64,000 nt of DNA from Chiloscyllium plagiosum (Eukaryota), in assembly GCF_004010195.1 (NCBI RefSeq), contig NC_057718.1:87803012-87867011 (forward strand), written 5' to 3'. Of the stretch, positions 1-12,949 are shown in pieces; the first letter of the stretch is position 1; each line of letters opens with the position of its first letter. Both the position numbers and the translations under genes were made by a program. Under the pieces are notes generated by a model. It was given only the letters and a program-made list of their open reading frames with translations. It made no database searches and was not told where the DNA came from.

Positions 1-690
1 TGCTGGATGTCTTGAAACGGATAAAGGTGGATAAATCCCCAGGACCTGATCAGGTGTACCCAAGAACTCTGTAGGAAGCTAAAGAAGTGATTGTTGGGCC
101 TCTTGCTGAGATATTTGTATCATCGATAGTCACAGGTGAGGTGCCGGAAGACTGGAGGTTGGCAAACGTGGTGCCACTGTTTAAGAAGGGCGGTAAAGAC
201 AAGCCAAGGAACTATAGACCGGTGAGCCTGACCTCGGTGGTGGGCAAGTTGTTGTTGGAGGGCCTGAGGGACAGGATGTACACGTATTTGGAAAGGCAAG
301 GACTGATTCGGGATAGTCAACATGGCTTTGTGGTGGGAGATCACGTCTCACAAACTTGATTGAGTTTTTTGAAGAAGTATAAAAGAAGATTTGATGAGGG
401 CAGGGCAGTAGATGTGATCTATATGGACTTCCGTAAGGCGTTCGACAAGGTTCCCCATGGGAGACTGATTAGCAAGGTTAGATCTCACGGAATACAGGGA
501 GAACTAGCCATTTGGATACATAACTGGCTCAAAGGTAGAAGAGAGAGGGTGGCGGTGGAGGGTTGTTTTTCAGACTGGAGACCTGTGACCAGTGGAGTGC
601 CACAAGGATCGGTGCTGGGTCCTCTACTTTTGTCATTTACATAAATGATTTGGATGCGAGTTGGACCATGCTGTACATCTCTATGACTCT
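1..690 (+). mobile_element. CR1-clade LINE fragment (RT region, frameshifted, internally deleted, joined to 3' tail)
   Basis: ORFs contain RT motifs [50 protein letters not shown]; near-identical to the copy at 19.5-20.1 kb; jumps at ~660 to the tail CATGCTGTACATCTCTATGACTCT. Confidence 0.92.
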
Positions 691-1774
691 AAGATTCTGA
701 AGCCAGTATTGATGGTCACAATATCTGGTAAAATCGTCTATGCCAATGACAATACTCTAAGAGCCAAAGACAATCAAGAACTCTCCATAAAAGCTCAAGA
801 ATTGAGAAAATTGAAACTCACGTTTGTGTTAAGATCAGCTATAATACAGGCTCAACTGAATTCATGGTGAGAGCAGTGTCAATTCAGACTGCAATCATTG
901 TGAAGTGTACATTTAATTTCAATTTCTGGAATGAAAAGGGATCACAAATGGGGAGAACAGAACTGAAATCAACACAAAGATAGTAACTGATTGCTCTACA
1001 ACTTGTCAGTTGTGTACAGTGCATCAAGTATTGACCAGCAATGAAGAACACTGCACTCTATAGATACGGGGGCTGAATATATGGTTTCCTTAATATAAGG
1101 TTTATAAGAAGATATGTTACAACTTTTAAAATTTGGCTATGGCAAATCAGCTAGAAAGAGCATAGAACCAGTTATTTTTTCAAGAGGAAAATCAAAGTCC
1201 TGGTACCTCACTGTCTTTTAGTTGAAATTAAATGGGAATTAATAAAGTATAACTAACAAAAAAGGCAAGGTAGGGTCTATCACTGAAGACATAAAATGTG
1301 AGAAAAGAACAGGACAGGTCAGAGAAGGATTGGTAGGTGGACAACATCAGACACTGGATGGAGAGAGATTGAAAGTGGTGAGCAGAACTGCAGGAAAGAA
1401 GCAGAAATGCATACAGCCCCTCATGGACTGTGCCTAATTATGATATGGACAGTGGGGACTTAGTCAAAATAGCATAAGCCTGAAGATGAAAGGCATAGCA
1501 GTTGCGATTAAAGATCATACCAAACTATGGAATAAGGATGGTTTACTTTAATACTTGCAGAACAATAAGTATAAAATGACTATTAAACTGATTAGAAGTT
1601 ATCTAAAATAAATCAATTGTCCTTCAAAAAGTCTTGGGCATTGGACCCCACCATTATTGCAAACTTTCATCACATTTCCAATCTCCCATCTCATTCCAAA
1701 GTCCTTGAACATGTTTTCACCTCTCAAATCTGTTCCCTGCATTCCCAGAACTTTATACTTGAACCTAATCTACG

Positions 1775-3237
1775 ATGGGTAAGTTAGTTGAGAAGATTCT
1801 GAGATAAGCTATACATACATTTAGAAAGTCAGGGTTTGATTAGGAGTAGTCAGCATGGCTTTGTGAGTGAAGGTTCATGCCTCACAAATTCGTTAGAGTT
1901 CTTTGATGAAATGACCAGAAAAGGTTGATGAGGGCAGGGCGGGTCGATATAGTCTATATGAATTTCAGTAAGACCTTTGATAAGGTTCCAAATGCTGCTC
2001 TGGAAGGTTAGATTGAATGGAATACAGGGTGATTTGGAAAACTGGATACAAAATTGGCTTGATGGTAGGAAGCAAACGGTAATAATGGAAGGAGGCTTGT
2101 TGGACTGGAGGCCTCAGGAGTCGGTGCTGGGCCCATTGCTATTTATTATCTACATCAATGACTTGGATGAGAATGTACAAGGCATGACTAGTAAATTTTA
2201 GATTAGATTAGATTACAGAGTGGAAACAGGCCCTTTGCCCCAACAAGTCCACACCGACCCGCCGAAGCGAAACCCACCCATACCCCTACATTTACCTCTT
2301 ACCTAACACTACAGGCAATTTAGTATGGCCAATTCACCAATTTAGTTTGCTGATAATACTAAAATAGGTGGTATCTTTGGACAGTGAGGAAAGTTATCGG
2401 AAATTGCAATACGACCTTGATCAGCTGAAAAAATGGGTCGAGAAATGACAAATGGGGTTTAATATAGTTAAGTGTGGAGTCTTGCATTTTGGAAAGTCAA
2501 ATCAAGCTAGGAGTTTCATGGTGAATGGTAGGGCCTTAAGGAGTGTAGTGGAACAAAGGGATCTTGGAACCCAGGTTCCAGTTCTCTAAACATGGAGACA
2601 CAGTTCGACAAGGCAGTGAAGGCTTTTGGAACACTGGCCTTCATCATTCACGGCACTGAGTATAGAAGTTGGGAAGTTTTGTTGCATTTGTACAGGATGT
2701 TGGTGAGGTCGCACTTGGAGTACTGTGTTCAGTTTTGGTCACCTTGTTATAAGAAGGATGTTATTAAACTGGAAAGAATGCAGATGAAATTTATAAGCAT
2801 GTTGCCTGGACTCAACGGCCTGACTTATAGGGAGAGCTATAAGTTGGACAAGCTTGGACTTTTTCTTTTGAGCATAGGAGACTGAAGGGAGATCTTATAG
2901 AGGTGTATAAGATCATGAGAGGCATGGATAGGGTGAATGAACTCAGTCTTTTTCCCAGGATTGGGGAATCAAGGACTAGAGGGCATCAGTTTAAGATTAG
3001 ACAGGAACCTGAGGGGGATCTTTTTTAGTGGAATGAGCTGCCAGTGAAAGTGGTTGAGACCGGTACATTAATAACATTTAAAAGGCATTTGGATAAAGAC
3101 ATGAATAGGAAAGGATTAGAAGGACATGGGCCAAATGTGGGGAAATGGGGTTAGCGTGGACAGACATTTTCATTGGCATGGACCAGTTTGGGCCAAAGGG
3201 CCTGTCTCTGTGCTGTAGGTTTCAATGACTCTCTGAC
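1775..3237 (+). mobile_element. 5'-truncated CR1 LINE (RT C-terminal half to 3' end), interrupted by a SINE fragment
   Basis: [17 protein letters not shown] and HLEYCVQFWSP motifs; 3' tail ending GACTCTCTGACTCT; multiple frameshifts. Confidence 0.88.
2198..2338 (-). mobile_element. 3' fragment of HE1-type SINE with (ATTAG)n tail
   Basis: Matches the 3' part of the full SINE at 8765-8880 (GTGGAAACAGGCCC...CCTAACACTAC...AATTCACC). Confidence 0.8.
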
Positions 3238-3554
3238 TCTCTTGTTAAGTTTCCACTTCTGCCACTGTATAGAAGTAGCTTTTACTAAAGACACAAATTA
3301 TATCCTATATGATCATGACATTGACATACTTTTCATCCTCATCATTCTCACTCTGTCTGCAGCGTTTCTCACAGATGACCACACCATCCACCTCCAACCC
3401 TCTCCATTGTCATCCCACTGGGGAGGATCACTCTCGCCTGGTTCCATTCTTATCTATTTAATGGTTTCTCTTAAAAACTTTCTTCTTCTCCTACACCTCA
3501 TTTTTGGCATGCCTCATGCTGCTCCTGTCATGACTTCTTGCAAACTTTATTGAA

Positions 3555-4250
3555 CCAGAGTTGAGTCCCCGATTGGATAGTAGAGTAGGGGATATGCTGG
3601 GACATAAGGTTGTACAATGATTCTGTTGCTGATGATGGCCAACAGTGCCTCATGGATACCCAGTCTTGAGTTGCTAGGCTTGTTCAAAGCCTATCCCAGC
3701 ATGGTGATAGTGCCACCCAACACAATCTGAAGTGTTCTCAATGTGAATGTGGGAATTAGTCTACTCAAGAACTATGCAGTGATCACTCTTACTAATACAG
3801 TCATGATCAAATGCATCTGTGGAGACAGATTGGTGAAAAGAAAGTCAAACATTTTTTTCATCCTTAGGGTCGCTCACTACCTGCCATACCATCTAGTAGC
3901 ACAGTCTTTTCAGACCTCACCAGCTCCATCAGTAGTGCTGCCAATGAACCACTCGGTCGTGGACACTGAAATCCTCACCCAGAGTACATTCACTGCGCTA
4001 CCACACTCAGTGCTTCTTCCAAGTGTTGTTCAAGAATGGAAGAGCATAATGTCATTAACTGGGGGAGGACAGAATGTGGTAATCAGCAGGAGCCCATGTC
4101 TGAGAGTCTAGAGTCAATGATGAGACTTCCAAGACAATTCCTGTATACCGCTGCCTCTCCTGCTAGTAGGACAGGACATATTCAGGGATGATGGTGTCTA
4201 GACATTGCCAATAAGGTCTCAATCCATGAATACGACAATGTCAGGCATCT
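3555..4250 (-). mobile_element. Degenerate LINE fragment (second CR1-clade family, endonuclease region)
   Basis: Reverse complement resembles the endonuclease-region fragments at 6540-6885 and 18960-21600. Confidence 0.45.
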
Positions 4251-4254
4251 GATT

Positions 4255-4490
4255 GGAGTCACATGTAGGCCAGACCAGGTAAGGTTAGCAGATTTCCTTC
4301 CCTGAAGAACATTAGCAAACCAGATGGGCTTTTATGACAATCGACAGTGGTTTCAGTAGTCACTGTTAATTCCAGATATTTATTGTATTCAGCATCTGCT
4401 GTGGCAAAATTCAAACCTGGGTTCCCAGAACATTTCCTGAGTTTCTGGATTAATAGTCTAATGATAATACCACTTGGCCATCGCCTCCCC
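4255..4490 (-). mobile_element. tRNA-derived SINE (family not named)
   Basis: Minus strand starts GGGGAGGCGATGGCCAAGTGG (A-box-like), then GGTTTGAATT (B-box-like); related body recurs at ~12600-12860, ~18620-18880 and ~21680-22030. Confidence 0.65.
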
Positions 4491-6539
4491 ATGTATTCGA
4501 TTCTGGTCACCAAACCTCAAGAATTATGTCAAGATCTTGGAAGAAGTATGGAAATAATTTATTAAGATGATATCAAGAAAGAGGGACTTCAGTTACAATG
4601 GAGTGACTTGAGAAGCTGAACTTGTTCCTTTGTGCCAAATAAAGAGTAAAAAGAGTTTGCTAAAGGTGTTCATTATTGTGATTTGTTCAGTATAAATGAG
4701 GAGAAGCTACTTCCAGTGGACACAAACTTCAACCGAGTGGCAAAGAACCAGAGGCTACATGAGGAAATATTTTGTTTACAATGAGTTTCTTTGATCTAGA
4801 ATCCACGGCATAAGGAGATGGAAAAGCCTACTCAATAGTAAAATCAAAACAAAAAAGACCGTGTAAGTACTTGAAAGGAACAAATCAGAACGCGACAAGG
4901 AAAGAGCTCTATGAAAGAGCTGACAGAGGCATTTCACTGAATGGCCTTCTTCTCTGGTGTATCTTTTTTTTATTTCTATGAAAGGACTCCCAGTAAAGAT
5001 TTATTATCTTCAGTCTCCAAGTTGTGTCTGAAAATGTTTGTGGTTCCTGGTCCAGCTTCAGGAGAAGTAAGGCAGCATGCCTGAATTTCCAATTAGATCT
5101 CCATCCTTCAAGTCAACCAAACATTGAATTTTCCAGCCTACCCACTGTGTTTGTAGATGTTTAAGGTTACTAACTAAGTCTTTATTCCCTGCAACTTAAT
5201 TTCAAACCCAAAAACCATCTGGAACTTCACTGTATCCATTAATGGAAATACTAGATGCTGAATTTGCATTACCCAAATTATGTAGCATCAAATGGTACAA
5301 ATGATATTAGCATTTACATTACACTGTTGACTTCCTATGAGGAGACACAAGATACTGAGAAAATTAACATCTTGCTGAAGAGAAACAGAACGTCAAGCCA
5401 TGGTATCATGATCATAATTTCTTCTTAGTTAACACATTTAAATAATATTAAGAGTTTGTTCCTTCAGTTTACAGGAGTTCATAAAATTGCATCTTGCTGA
5501 ACTGGAAGTTGAAACATTTGTTGTCATCTTTCTTTCTGGGCTCTTGCGATTGCTGCACAAATATTGGCCTAGCAAATCTCAAAGTTTTCCTTCCGTTTTC
5601 TGATGTTTGATGTTCAAAATCAGTTTTGCTGCTTTTCCGGGTAACTTTTACAGGCAAATGACTCACTAAATTATTTGTCTAGCAAATAGGAGTCAGCGTT
5701 CAGCCCAAAGCATGTTTCATCATTTAATTAGATCACATCCAATCTTTACTTACATTGAAACCTTGGATACATACATCCTCAAAATAAAATCACAAATAGA
5801 ACAGAATTGCAAGATACATGGCTAATTACTAGCACCCAGGATTGGCTGCACACTGATAGGCTCCTTTGATCTGCAACTTAAAGACATAAAGTTTTGCTTG
5901 AAACACAAGGCAAAAATCACAAGGTACTAGCTGCTTTGAAGATCACACTAAACGTCACCGCAGACAACAAGTACCTTGTGGATCAGAAAAGGTGAAACCA
6001 CAAGGTTCAAAATTGGAACCTGTTCTATCCCATGACCAGTTCCATGCAGAAGGACAAGTGCACCAGATATATGGGAACACCACTACCTACCTGCAAGTTC
6101 TCCTCCAAGTCACTCAGCATCCTGACTTGGAAATATAAGCACCATTCCTTCATTGTTGCTAGGTTAAAATCCTGGAATTCTCTCCCTAATTGCAATGTGG
6201 GTCTACCTACAACACATGGACTACAGCAGTTCACCACCACTTTCTCAAAGGCAATAAATGCTAAACCAGTCATTAACACACGCATCCCACAATTAATAAC
6301 TTAGGTCAATGGTAAGACACACCATAAGCATTTCTCTCTCTCTCTTTCTTTTTCACACTAGTTTCTTTTAAAGAGATGCAGTGATTATATCGTTTGAGGC
6401 GTATCAACCCACATCAAGCATGGACAAGGTCAAGTATCAAGCATCATTACAAAGTCTCAGTAAAGAAATGAAACCAGACAAACCAGCTGACAATAACCTA
6501 GGCACCGAAAAAGACATAATAGAAACAGTCCTGTCAACC

Positions 6540-6885
6540 CTACAAACCTCCTTACTAACACCTGGGGACTAGTGTCAAAATTGGGAGAGTTGTTTCACAG
6601 CCTAGTCAAGCGTCAGCCTGACACAGTCACACTCACAGAATCATTGCTAACAGACAATGTCCCAGACACCAGCATCACCATCCCTAGATATGCCCTGTCT
6701 CACAAGCAGGAAGGGTCCTGCAGAGGTGGTGGCACAGTGGTGTACGGTCGGAGTGAGTTATCCTGGAAGTAATCAACATTGACCCTGGGATCCCATGAAG
6801 TCTTATAGCTTCAGGTTAAACATGGGCAAGGCAGCCTCCTGCTGATTACCATGTACTGTCCTCCCTCATTTGATTAATTTGTACT
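6540..6885 (+). mobile_element. LINE apurinic-endonuclease fragment
   Basis: ORF 6572-6772 QPDTVTLTES...IPRYALSH...RGGGTVVY matches the APE N-terminal pattern (DIxxxTE, RGGG). Confidence 0.7.
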
Positions 6886-8050
6886 CGAGGAAGTAATAAG
6901 CAGGATAGATAAAGAAGAAGCATTGGCGTAACAGTTTTGGATTTTCAGAAGGTGTGATTAGGTACCACATATTAGATTACTTAATAAGAATGCATGGCGT
7001 TACAGGTAATATATATTAACGTGGCTAAATTAATAGAAAACGAAGAGTTGTGATAAGGAAGCCATTTTCAGGATAGTAATTAATGGAGTGCCACAGAGAT
7101 TAGTGGTAGAGCCACAATTATTTACATTATATATTAATGACTCAGATAAAACAGTTCATATACTATAACTGAGTTTGCAGATGATACAAACTAGATGGGA
7201 AGGCAAGTGCTGAGGATGACATGAACAGTCTGCAGAGAGATACAGACAGGTTAATTGAGTGTAAAAATCTGGAAGATGGAACATAATATGAAGTAATGTG
7301 AGGTTATGTACTTTGGCAGGAAGAATAGAGGAACTGAACATTACTTAAATGGAGAAAGACTGCAGAAAGCTACAGAAAAAAGGGATTTGGGATTCTTCAT
7401 CCATGAATTCAAAAATCCAGCATCTAAATTCAGCAGGTAATATGGGAAGGCCTATATTTCAACGGGAATGGAATATAAAAGTGGGTTGGTTTTGCTAAAT
7501 CTATTCAATGCATTAATCAGACCACAGCTGGAATACTGTAAGCAGTTTTGGACCCTTATCTAAGGAAAGATATACTGGCAGTGGAAGCAGTCCAGATAAG
7601 GTTCACTACCCTGATAGCAACACTGTCTTATGAGAAGAGGTTGAATTGGTTGGGCTTGTACTCACTGGAATATAGATTAATGAGGAACAACCTTATCAAA
7701 GCATGCAAGATTCTGTGGGGACTTTACAAATGCGGAAAGGTTGTTTCCCCTTGTGGGAGAGTCTAGAACGAGACGGCATAATCTCAGAATAAGGGGTTGC
7801 ATATTTAAAATAGAGGAGGAATTTCTCTTCTCAGAGAATAATGAGTCTTTGGAATTCTTTTCTGCAGAGGGCTGTCGTGGCTGGATTATTAAGTACATTC
7901 AAGGCTGAGATAGACAGATTTTTAATCAGTAAGGGAATAACAATAAGTTATAGGGAAAGAGCAGCAAAATGGAGCCAAAATCTCATTGAATAGTTTAGCA
8001 GATTCAATAGGCTGAATGGCCTCTTTCTGCTTCTATAGCTTTCTCCTATA
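6886..8050 (+). mobile_element. Degenerate 5'-truncated CR1 LINE
   Basis: GATTTTCAGAAGG, GGAGTGCCACAG, TTTGCAGATGATACAAA (FADDT) and PYLRKDILAVEAVQ remnants; GGCTGAATGGCCT tail. Confidence 0.8.
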
Positions 8051-8574
8051 TTTTTCTAATCAACTTGTTCAGAGATGTTACTACATACATATGAAACAGG
8101 TTGAACCCAGGTCTCTCAGACCAGGATAGGGTCACAAGAGGGCCGTCTCCTTCTGCTTCTTTGGCTTATGGCCTTAAATGGGGATCAGAAGACAGCACTC
8201 TGTGGAAAACAGTAACTCACCTATAAATTTCCCTAAAATGATCAATTAAAAGCCAGAGCACAACTTTGTCAATCAATTAAAGATATCAGATAGGCTTGAA
8301 GCTTGAGGTCCAATTAGGGGCCTCTCCACTTGAAGGATGCAGCAGGATCCCACAGCAGGTGAGAAACAGGGAGCAGCCTAAACCAGAGCCCTTCTAAATT
8401 TGAAACTATGTCTGTGGTGCACAGAATAGTCAATAAGTAGCCCACACTTGCATGCATTTGACCACTTGTGTGTTTTGTTTCACAAAAACAAAAACATTCA
8501 GAGTACAATTACTTATTATTGATGGTAAGTTACTTGGTAATTACTTATTGTTGGTAGTGGAAAGCCACAAACAA

Positions 8575-10005
8575 CAGATTGGTGAGCCTGATATCAGTGG
8601 TGGATAAGTTATTGGAGGGTATTCTGAGGGACAGAATTTACATTTATTTGGAAAGGCAAGGACTAGTTAGGGATGGGAAATCTTGACTTATATAATATTA
8701 TTATTTATATTACATTACATATTATATAATTTTTTATATTTATTTTATATTTATTATATTACATTACAGTGTGGAAACAGGCCCTTCGGCCCGCACCGAC
8801 CCACAACCCACCCATACCCCTACCCCTACATTTACCCCTTACCTAACACTACGGGCAATTTAGCATGGCTAATTCACCTGACCTGCACATCTTTGTGACT
8901 GTGGGAGGAAACCGGAGCACCCGGAGGAAACCCACGCAGACACGGGGAGAAAGTGCAAACTCCACACATTCAGTCGCCTGAGGCGGGAATTGAACCCGGG
9001 TCTCAGGCACTGAGAGGCAGCAGTGCTAACCACTGTGCCACCGTGCCGCCCACTTGATTGAGTTATTTAAGCAAGTGACAAAGAAGATTGATGTGCTGTA
9101 AGGATTGGTGCTGAGTACACTGCTTTTTGTCATTTATATAAATTATTTGGATGTGCATATAGATGGAATGGTTATAAAGTATGTAGATGATACAAGTGGT
9201 GGTGTAGTGCACAGTGAAGAGCCCTTGATCAGTTGGGTTGATGGACCAAGGAGTTCCAGATGGTACAACAAATCAGGGCAAGACTTATACACTTAATGGT
9301 AAGGTCCTGGGGAGTGTTGCTGAACAAAGAGACCTTGGGATGCAGGTTCCTTCAAAGTGGAGTCACAAGTAGACAGGATAGCGAAGAAGGTGTTTGGTAT
9401 GCTTTCTTTTATTGGTCAGTACAAGGAGTATAGAAGTTGGGTGTTATGTTGCAACTGTCCAGGACATTGGTTAGGCCACTTTTGGAATACTGCGTTCAGT
9501 TCTGGTCTCCCTGCTTTGGAAAGATGTTGTGAAACTTGAAAGGGCGCAATAAAGCTTTACAAGGATGTTGCTGGGTTTGAGATATAGAGAGGCTGAGGCT
9601 ATTTTCCCTGGACCATTGGAGGCTGAGGAGTGACCTTACAGAGGTTTATAAAATCATGAGGGGCATGGATAGGGTGGATACCCAAGGAATTTTTTTCAGG
9701 ATAATGGAGTTTAAAACTATAGGGCATAGGTTTAAGGTGGAGGGAGTGATTTAAAAGGGACCCAAGGGGCAACAGTTTCATGCAGAGTGTGTTGCGTGTA
9801 TGGAATGAGCTGCCAGAAGAAGTGGTGGAGGCTGGTACAAATATAACACTTAAAAGGCATCTGGATGGGTATATGAATAGGAAGGGTTTAGAGGGATATG
9901 GGCCAAATGCTGCCAAACGGGCCGAAATTAATTTAGGATATCTGGTCAGCATGGATGAGTTGGACCGAAGGGTCTGTTTCGGTGCTGTACAACTCTATGA
10001 CTCAA
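8575..10005 (+). mobile_element. CR1 LINE fragment interrupted by an HE1 SINE
   Basis: LFVIYINYLD...KYVDDT and VWNELPEEVVEAG motifs; tail CTCTATGACTC; sequence is continuous across the SINE. Confidence 0.85.
8690..9051 (-). mobile_element. Full-length HE1-type (V-SINE) tRNA-derived SINE with AT-rich simple-repeat tail
   Basis: Minus strand begins GGGCGGCACGGTGGCACAGTGGTTAGCACTGCTGCCTC (A box), B box GGTTCAATTCC, central GTGTGGAGTTTGCAC...GCGTGGGTTTCCTCCGGGTGCTCCGGTTTCCTCCCACAGTC; AT-rich tail 8690-8765. Confidence 0.9.
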
Positions 10006-10169
10006 CTTTGTGCTTTTTGTCTAAAGATGTTCAGTACTGACACAATGGGTAATTGAAAAATGGGCTGTACTTATACTCCGAGCTATCTGCTCATTCACAG
10101 CTACTGAAGAGTCCTTTTTCAAAAGCCTGAATTGCTTATGTAGGTCATCGTTAAAAAGAGGTCTTCTGA

Positions 10170-10775
10170 ATTTACCATCATGGGAAGAAACTATTTAATA
10201 TTCTTGCATACTATGCATGGAAGAATATTCTGATGAATTGGGTGTCCGAGAACCTGCCGGGTTTGCTGGGATGGCAGAAATTAATTATGAAGCACATTCC
10301 CTCGGACGCGTTTACAAACAGGGTGCATCACGTAACAGATCGTTCTTATAAGACATAGCAACCCTACTTGAGTTAGTTGGATATAGATTTGTCAGCTATC
10401 GTAACGAAGGTGTTTGTTTAACCAAGATGGTTAGGTTTATCAAGCCCTGGACCTTGGAGGGGATCTCCTGAGTTAGTACGGGTATATATACAATGCTTCC
10501 GTTCCTTTGTTTGAGAGCTTTGTGCCGAGCATAGCTGTTCTGTATTCTGTGCTTTTTTTTTTGATCTATTAGATATTTACTTATTTATTGGTGTTGCTTT
10601 GAACAGTGTTAGGGTTTGTTTTGTATTATAGGGTAGGTTAGTAGTTAGACAGTTGTATTGTAATTTGTTTTTTTTTCTTTTATTATACTGATATTTGTTA
10701 TTGATTGTATTTTTCAATAATTTTATATGTTTGTAAAGTTAAAAAAATTTGCTAATAAATATATTTCCAAAAAAA
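10170..10775 (+). mobile_element. 5'-truncated L1/Tx1-like LINE 3' end
   Basis: Decayed frame reads KKLFNILAYYAWKNILMNW...WQKLIM...QPYL, resembling an L1 ORF2 C-terminus; T-rich 3' UTR ends AATAAATATATTTCCAAAAAAA. Confidence 0.5.
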
Positions 10776-11053
10776 CAGAATTGTGCACATTTTTGTGACA
10801 TTTCTATAATGAACTGACTACACATTACAGGTTTACAATCATTTGTTCCTGGCACTAATTCAGATTGTCACAGCAACTGCCACCTACACCACCTAATGTA
10901 AACCTTACCACTTGACGTATGTCATAGTTTACGCAATCAGATTTTGTTGCATACATTAATTTCAAACCGTGTTTCTGCTTGCTATGCCTTGTTATTCTTT
11001 GATGTTTGAAATAATCACACTTTTTAATACATGCTAGAGCTTAGTTTAAATGT

Positions 11054-11832
11054 TCAAAGTTTGTGCGAAGATTTGTAGCTCGGGTGCTCGTTGCTGTGGT
11101 TCTGTTCGCCGAGCTGGAAGTTTTTGTTGCAAACGTTTCGTCCCCTGGCTAGGCGACATCATCAGTGCTTGGGAGCCTCCTGCGAAGCGCTTCTTTGATG
11201 TTTCCTCCAGTGTTTATAGTGGTCTGTCCCTACCGCTTCCGGTTGTCAGTTTCAGTTGTCCGCTGTAGTGGTTGGTATATTGGGTCCAGGTCGATGTGTT
11301 TGTTGATGGAGTTTGTGGATGAATGCCATGCCTCTCGAGGCATAGCATTCATCCACAAACTCCATCAACAAACACATCGACCTGGACCCAATATACCAAC
11401 CACCTAGAGGCATGGCATTCATCCACAAACTCCATCAACAAATACATCGACCTGGACCCAATATACCAACCAACTAGAGGCATGGCATTTATCCACAAAC
11501 TCCATCAACAAACACATCGACCTGGACCCAATATACCAACCAACTAGAGGCATGGCATTCATCCACAAACTCCATCAACAAACACATCGATCTGGACCCA
11601 ATGTACCCACCACTCCTAGAGGCATGGCATTCATCCACAAACTCCATCAACAAACACATCGACCTGGACCCAATATACCAACCACTACAGCGGACAGCTG
11701 AAACTGACAACCGGAAGTGGCAGGGACAGACCACTATAAACACCGGAGGAAACATCAAAGAAGCACTTCGCAGGAGGCTCCCAAGCACTGATGATGTCGC
11801 CAAGCCAGGGGACGAAACATTTGCAACAAAAA
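11054..11832. mobile_element. Fold-back Penelope-like insertion with internal 5x~70-bp array and hammerhead cores in both arms
   Basis: 14-bp direct repeat CTTAGTTTAAATGT at 11040-11053 and 11833-11846; inversion centre GCCTC-TC-GAGGC at 11330-11341; LEAWHSSTNSINKHIDLDPIYQPL resembles a PLE GIY-YIG C-terminus. Confidence 0.85.
11129..11168 (-). ncRNA. Minimal hammerhead-ribozyme-like motif in a Penelope pseudo-LTR
   Basis: Minus strand GCA-CTGATGA-T-GTCGCCTAGCCAGGGGAC-GAAAC-GTT-TGC: core, stem II, palindromic ACGT stem III, short stem I. Confidence 0.6.
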
Positions 11833-12949
11833 CTTAGTTTAAATGTATTTTTCACTTCTCTCCACTAGTGTAGTAATGAGTGATGCAGTATTGTGTATAT
11901 ACATACTTTTGATAATAGAGTTCCTAAGTTGTCTCCTTTCATAAGAACATAGGAAATTGGAGCAGGAGTAGAATATTCAGCCCCTCAAGCCTGCTGTCTC
12001 GCACCTTAAAGATCCTGGCTGATCTGCTCAGAACTCAAGTCCTCTTTCATGTCAATTCCACACAGCCAGCCACTAGTCCACATTTCAAAAATCTACCTAT
12101 CTTTTCAAGTTATTTCCATAAATCTCTGGGGTACAGAATTCAAGACATTCACTACTTTCTGAGAAAAGAGATTCCTTTGCTTCTTAAATGTGTGTTCCTT
12201 CTTCCTGTATCTATATCTATTAGTTTGAGTTTCCACATCTTCTCAACATTTACCCTCTCAAATCCTCTGAGAACAATGTATGTTTCAATACGCCCCCCCA
12301 AAAACTCTGGTCCACCATCCTTTACTCTGGCATTCCTGCCTTGTTTGCATAACTTTCCTCTCAACAGAGCTCTCCTATTGTATTTTACACCAATCAATTT
12401 TGCACCTACATTATTCGTTTGCTACAATTAGCAGTCCTTCTTTGTTTTGCACTGGGCATCCTCCCTGTTCACGAAGACCATTAAAAACGATTATTGTCCA
12501 CTCCTCCGTTCAGTTCTGAAGAAGTCACTGGCCTCGGAAAAAAAGGTTAACACTATTTATCTCTCCACAGACGCTCTTGGTTTCTGGATTTTTTCAATGC
12601 TCAGGGGACATGGCAACTGGAAGAATTCAAATAAATAAACTGGATTTTTAAGAAACAAAATACTACTATCATCGATTGTTGTAAATGGAAATCCATCTCC
12701 TTCATTTTAGGGAAAGGAATCTGTCTTTCTTACCTGTATCTGGCCTACAAAGTGACTCCATAGAAAAACACTGACACTTAGCTATCCTCTGAGGCCCCGT
12801 AGGCAGCAAGCCAACAAATGCTGATCTTATAATGACACTCGGATCCCATGAAATAATTGTTTTAAAATTATACGTTTCACGCAGTGAGAGTAATTTGAAA
12901 GGCCTCTCTTTGATGGGACATGTTTACACCTGAAAGGAGTCCACCTGCC

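Noticed and set aside
5469..5666. 65-aa minus-strand ORF in unique sequence as an exon of a divergent gene
   Set aside because: No recognisable homology and no convincing splice-site pair; cannot be supported without transcripts.
8975..9051. A/B-box sequence as a tRNA gene
   Set aside because: It is the tRNA-derived head of the HE1-type SINE, continuous with SINE body and tail.
11337..11690. Regular ~70-bp repeats as a CRISPR-like array
   Set aside because: Units are contiguous near-identical copies with no unique spacers, inside a TSD-flanked retroelement in a vertebrate genome.
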